Of a stretch of 19,962 bases of DNA, positions 16,582 to 19,962 are shown in pieces. The notes under the pieces were generated by a model. That model saw only the letters and a program-made list of their open reading frames with translations, was not told the DNA's origin and ran no database searches. This DNA comes from Candidatus Nanohaloarchaea archaeon. Lineage in GTDB: Archaea > Nanohalarchaeota > Nanosalinia > Nanosalinales > Nanosalinaceae. The first letter of the stretch is position 1, and each line of letters begins with the position of its first letter. The stretch is from positions 1 through 19,962 of the forward strand of contig JBDGSJ010000033.1 in NCBI GenBank assembly GCA_042217585.1. Direction: 5' to 3'. Position numbers and translations under genes: made by a program.

Positions 16582-16607
16582 GGAAATGATTTAACCGGGA
16601 GAAAACA
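16582..16607 (+). promoter_or_regulatory. BRE + TATA promoter of the Fic-peptide-rhodanese unit
   Basis: GGAAATGATTTAACCGGGAGAAAACA, with the TATA about 30 nt before ATG 16620. Confidence 0.6.
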
Positions 16608-16619
16608 ATAATCGACCGG

Positions 16620-16997
16620 ATGGATTTTCCGACCTGGAAGCAGATAGATAAGGAGCACGACAGGATAATGAGAGCCTATCCCGGCAGCGAGCAGGGAGAG
16701 GAATCCACCCCGGTCAGGTTCAGAAAGGTGATCAAGGACGCCGAGAATGAGGAAGGACCCTACATGAGGGCAGCGGCGCTCCTGAAAGGCATCGCAGGGG
16801 CGAACGTCTTCAGCGACAGGAACAGGTCGCTCTCCCTGGTGATATCGGTCCTATTTCTCTGGAACAACGGTCTGGAGGTCGGGGCGAAGGACGGAAAGCT
16901 GCTGGCACAGGTCCTGGAAAACCACGGACTTTACTCGCGGAGCGAGATCGCTGAGTACCTTGAGACAGGTGATATAGATGACGGACGACTTCCTTGA
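16620..16997 (+). CDS. Degenerate Fic/Doc-family protein (motif NVFSDRNRSL)
   Basis: HDRIM...YMRAAALLKGIAGANVFSDRNRSLSLVISVLFLWNNG aligns by eye with the Doc pattern AA.L...l...HxFxDGNKRTA......FL..NG. Confidence 0.7.
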   Translation: MDFPTWKQIDKEHDRIMRAYPGSEQGEESTPVRFRKVIKDAENEEGPYMRAAALLKGIAGANVFSDRNRSLSLVISVLFLWNNGLEVGAKDGKLLAQVLENHGLYSRSEIAEYLETGDIDDGRLP

Positions 16998-17106
16998 GGA
17001 GGATAAAGAGGTCCGGGAGGAGTACAGTGAAACCCTGGCAGAACTCGGTGAGGGAAAGACCGGTGTCAGAGGGTTCCTGGCCCGGCTGAAGCAGGCCCTG
17101 AGGTGA
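16978..17106 (+). CDS. 42-aa acidic peptide, candidate antitoxin/partner of the upstream Fic-like gene (absent from the ORF track)
   Basis: MTDDFLEEDKEVREEYSETLAELGEGKTGVRGFLARLKQALR*. SD-like AGGTGA at 16967-16972, overlaps the Fic end, and its TGA overlaps the rhodanese GTG (GTGA). Confidence 0.75.
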   Translation: MTDDFLEEDKEVREEYSETLAELGEGKTGVRGFLARLKQALR

Positions 17107-17405
17107 GAAAACTGGTCCGTTCAGTCGATCCCGGTTGGCTGGAAGAACACGATGGATACAGCATCCTCGACGTCAGGACCAGAGAAGACTTCGAGCAGAG
17201 GCATATCCGCCACGAGGCCATAGTCAACACCTACTACAGGAAGTTCGAGGAGGAAGACGTAGACATAGAGGAGAAAGTGCCGGACGTGGAACCTATAGTG
17301 GTGGTCTGCTGGAGAGGCAAATACAGCGAGATGATAGCCAGGAAACTCCAGAAAGAAGGCTTCGAGGCATACAGTCTCAGCGGCGGGATGGCCTCGCTCA
17401 CCTGA
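17103..17405 (+). CDS. Single-domain rhodanese-like sulfurtransferase
   Basis: ILDVRTREDFEQRHI, active-site loop VVVCWRGKYS and C-terminal LSGGM. Confidence 0.9.
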   Translation: MRKLVRSVDPGWLEEHDGYSILDVRTREDFEQRHIRHEAIVNTYYRKFEEEDVDIEEKVPDVEPIVVVCWRGKYSEMIARKLQKEGFEAYSLSGGMASLT

Positions 17406-17444
17406 AACCGAGCCTTAATACCTTACCGATAGAAGACCGAGAAG

Positions 17445-18677
17445 ATGGAACAGCTCAAAAGACACACGGACCGCCTGGATGAAGAGGGAGGACGAGAACT
17501 CGCGGAGAAGATGAAGGATGAAGGACTCTCCGTCGTCATGGTCTACTTCACGACTGTCCACCATTCAGAAAGAGAACTTGAGGAATTCGTGGCCGCCCTG
17601 AAAGATGAGATGGGGAGAGAAACTGAGTTGGTCGGGGTATCGGTCGCCGGTTTCATGTCGGACGGGACACAGGGATTGATGACCTCGGGAGCGCTGGCAG
17701 TCGGTCTCAGCGGGATAGAGACCTCGACCGAGGAGCTGGGAGAGGACCCGTGGACCGCGTCAGAAGAAAGGATCGAGGAGTTCTACAGGGAGAACACCGG
17801 AGAAGGAGAGATGAGCGTTGTATTCCGGCCCGGCGGGAGACGAGCCGGCGGGGAAGACCTCAGAAACAGGATTGAAGACCAGATAACCAATTTCTTCCAG
17901 AAACCGGACCGGAGGGAATCGATCGTCGCCGAGATCAGGGACGAACTGGTCGAATCGGGAACAGGACTGGCCTTCAGGACCTGGAACGCCTTCTACGACC
18001 TCGTCGAGGAAGAAGAGGAGTTCCTCGTGAACAACTCGCTGGACGCCGGCGACTGGGAGAAAGGATACGAGGCGATAAACGGGGAACTCAGGTCCAGCGA
18101 CGGCTTCTACATCCTGAACCTCCCGGAAGACAGGCTGGAGATCTCACAGGTGCTCCCCCCGACAGACGAGAACATGGATGAGTTGGAGATAGTGATGGAA
18201 TCCCGGGACTTCAGGAAGACAGGGAACCTGATACACGAGATAGACGGCAAGACGATAACCGACATAAAGGAGGAGTACCCGATAGCGTCCAGCGACCTCG
18301 GAAAAGGAGGATTCAGCTATTACATGCTGCTCTCCATGGAGGACCAGAGGGACGCCATAGGCTCCATCGAACTCCCGGTCCTGATGGCCGCGTTCGACCT
18401 CGAAGACCTCAAGGAGATACACCTGGTCCGCGCCGCCCACTGGGACCGCTACCGGTCCGCCGTCGAGGAGAGCCTGGACCAGATAGGAGAGGAGGAGCCG
18501 GTCCAGCTCAACGTCCACGTCTCAAAGCTCAACTTCTTCCGGAACAACACCGACAGGCTCAGGGAGCTGATGGAGAAAAGGTTCAGGGACTGGAACCTGG
18601 TGATAGGCGACAGTTTCGCGATGGAGAAGTACAGGAACTTCATGTATCCGACACTGGTGGTCTACAACACGGACTGA
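17445..18677 (+). CDS. Divergent FIST-domain-like sensory protein
   Basis: VMVYFTT...ELVGVSVAGFM resembles FIST_N (LxGxxxAGxI), and GNLIHEIDGK resembles FIST N-x-V/I-x-ELDG. Confidence 0.6.
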   Translation: MEQLKRHTDRLDEEGGRELAEKMKDEGLSVVMVYFTTVHHSERELEEFVAALKDEMGRETELVGVSVAGFMSDGTQGLMTSGALAVGLSGIETSTEELGEDPWTASEERIEEFYRENTGEGEMSVVFRPGGRRAGGEDLRNRIEDQITNFFQKPDRRESIVAEIRDELVESGTGLAFRTWNAFYDLVEEEEEFLVNNSLDAGDWEKGYEAINGELRSSDGFYILNLPEDRLEISQVLPPTDENMDELEIVMESRDFRKTGNLIHEIDGKTITDIKEEYPIASSDLGKGGFSYYMLLSMEDQRDAIGSIELPVLMAAFDLEDLKEIHLVRAAHWDRYRSAVEESLDQIGEEEPVQLNVHVSKLNFFRNNTDRLRELMEKRFRDWNLVIGDSFAMEKYRNFMYPTLVVYNTD

Positions 18678-18731
18678 ACCCTCCTCCGGACCACAGAAAA
18701 CTATTTATCGCGGAAAAAAGCAATAGGGACC

Positions 18732-19310
18732 GTGGTCGACTACGAGTACCTCGAACCCGGCTGCCTCTGTCCGGTCAACCCGACGATGAGGGCGAAAGCA
18801 GAGGAAATAATCGACAAACAGACCACGGACCGGGAGAAAGCAAGACGGCTCCACGAATGGGTCCGGGACCGGTACTGCTGGGACATGAAGAAAAAGATAA
18901 TCGGCTCCGGAAAGATACTGCGCTACAACCCGGAGAGAGCCATGAGCTTCTCCAAATCCAACCTGCTCGTATCCCTGCTCCGGTCCATCGACATACCCGC
19001 ACGGTACAACTACCTCAACTGCACCATGTACAACGAACACAGCGAAGAAGAGGAAGAATCCATCCACGCACCCGTAGAGGTCCACGTCAACGGAGAATGG
19101 ATCACCGCCGACCCCACCTACGGACCACACACCAGCAGGTACAAATCCGTCGCAGAGTTCGGCGAACAGACATGGGAAGAAGCCGAGAGCTCCGAGAAAA
19201 GAGCCGAACTACCGCGGTCCACCGTCTGGCTCTGGAACTACGCCCTCCGCTGGTTCCACCCCGAGATAAGGTCCATGCAGAAAGAACTCCGGGAACTACA
19301 GGAACTCTAG
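18732..19310 (+). CDS. Transglutaminase-like (Transglut_core) protein with Ser at the catalytic Cys position
   Basis: LHEWVRD, MSFSKSNLLVSLLRSIDIPARY, HAPVEVHVNGEW and ADPT motifs. TTTATC about 28 nt upstream of the GTG. Confidence 0.85.
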   Translation: MVDYEYLEPGCLCPVNPTMRAKAEEIIDKQTTDREKARRLHEWVRDRYCWDMKKKIIGSGKILRYNPERAMSFSKSNLLVSLLRSIDIPARYNYLNCTMYNEHSEEEEESIHAPVEVHVNGEWITADPTYGPHTSRYKSVAEFGEQTWEEAESSEKRAELPRSTVWLWNYALRWFHPEIRSMQKELRELQEL

Positions 19311-19897
19311 GTCCGAAATCTATTTCTGAAAAATTCAGAAAATCTAATCAGCGAATCCCTGATTCTCTCAAATAAATCTTGGTTTTTCTTGAACCCGATA
19401 TACGCCTTCTCTGGTTTATAATCGCCTCCCTGAGCCATATGAAGAGAAAGACCCATTGCCCTATGGTTCCCGTCCCTTATTTTCCAGATGCTCCTCTCTT
19501 TAGTGACAATAAGAGGGTATTCTGCGGTTTTTTCCGGATAATTATCTGCAATTTCCCGAATAGCATCTAAATCGATATCGCTGTCTTCCATCGGTTCTTG
19601 GACCTCTGGTTTGTCGCAGTTCAGTTTCTTTCCAAGTTCGCCCACTGTGCTTTCAGGCACATCAAAGCCTTCCCATATATGATAAGTTTGCAGAAAGCAC
19701 TCTCTGGGAAGTTCCGTTTTGTACCAACGAAAGGAGCGGTCTTCCATAAAAGATGCAGATTCTTCATTAAGATACATTAGTTTGTCAACTTTCTCAGACT
19801 CATTTAGGTCATCAACCTGAACATCTTTGTCACCGTGTTCCTCTATATCTCGGCGAAGCCAAGAATCGATGACCTCCTCGCGAGAAACCTCTTCCAT
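19307..19897 (-). CDS. Low-GC hypothetical protein with a ParB/sulfiredoxin-like motif
   Basis: PLIV...WKIRDGNHRA matches the ParB/Srx DGxHR motif. A hand count of 19321-19860 gives about 42% GC. Confidence 0.65.
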   Translation of the reverse strand: MEEVSREEVIDSWLRRDIEEHGDKDVQVDDLNESEKVDKLMYLNEESASFMEDRSFRWYKTELPRECFLQTYHIWEGFDVPESTVGELGKKLNCDKPEVQEPMEDSDIDLDAIREIADNYPEKTAEYPLIVTKERSIWKIRDGNHRAMGLSLHMAQGGDYKPEKAYIGFKKNQDLFERIRDSLIRFSEFFRNRFRT

Positions 19898-19909
19898 TGA
19901 TTGAACCGA

Positions 19910-19962
19910 TGGACCACCCGGGGTTCGAACCCGGGACCGCCGCCTGTCTCAGGATGCGAGCT
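19910..19962 (-). tRNA. 3' part of an intron-containing tRNA, probably tRNA-Ala; truncated by the window edge
   Basis: Minus strand reads ...GCATCCTGAGAC|A GGCGG CGGTC CCGGG TTCGAAC CCCGG GTGGTCC A, with a perfect T-arm and acceptor strand (exon 2 = 19910-19945). U70 and A73 fit Ala identity. The sequence 5' of position 38 cannot form the anticodon stem, so it is read as intron. Confidence 0.85.

Noticed and set aside
19910..19945. attL/attR pair defining an integrated element within the window
   Set aside because: By eye I found no second copy of the tRNA 3' end and no integrase or transposase.
1..19962. CRISPR array, IS element or tandem DNA repeats
   Set aside because: No regularly spaced direct repeats or terminal inverted repeats were seen. 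Recurrent GAGGAG/CTGGAG strings reflect Glu/Leu codon bias.

Overview
Gene-dense, GC-rich (roughly 60% by eye) archaeal chromosomal segment with strongly Glu-rich acidic proteins, frequent AGG/AGA and ATA codons, short intergenic gaps, TATA-like boxes about 30 nt before many start codons (leaderless layout) and an intron-containing tRNA at the right edge. Together these suggest an extreme halophile, most likely a Nanohaloarchaeota (DPANN) member; this is an inference. Recognisable genes: a GSDH/PQQ sugar dehydrogenase fragment, a winged-HTH protein, DUF5995, a PIN-domain protein, an ABC ATPase/permease pair, PAP2 phosphatase, DUF502, an HhH-GPD-like protein, acylphosphatase, an Mre11/SbcD + Rad50/SbcC(YhaN)-like pair, two Fic/Doc-like proteins, MscL, an enolase-superfamily protein, a HAD hydrolase, a dolichol/phytol kinase, rhodanese, a FIST-domain protein, a transglutaminase-like protein, a low-GC ParB/Srx-like gene and the 3' part of a probable tRNA-Ala. 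Most notable: (1) two Fic/Doc-like genes that lack the catalytic His, each beside a small, similar acidic peptide with an amphipathic basic tail; (2) a promoter-hairpin-U-tract candidate small RNA divergent from an orphan PIN gene, whose promoter is nearly identical to that of the second Fic operon; (3) a Rad50-like ATPase with a glycine-zipper membrane hairpin instead of a zinc hook; (4) a transglutaminase-like protein with Cys replaced by Ser. I saw no CRISPR array, transposase or integrase. All family calls come from motifs recognised by eye, with no database searches.
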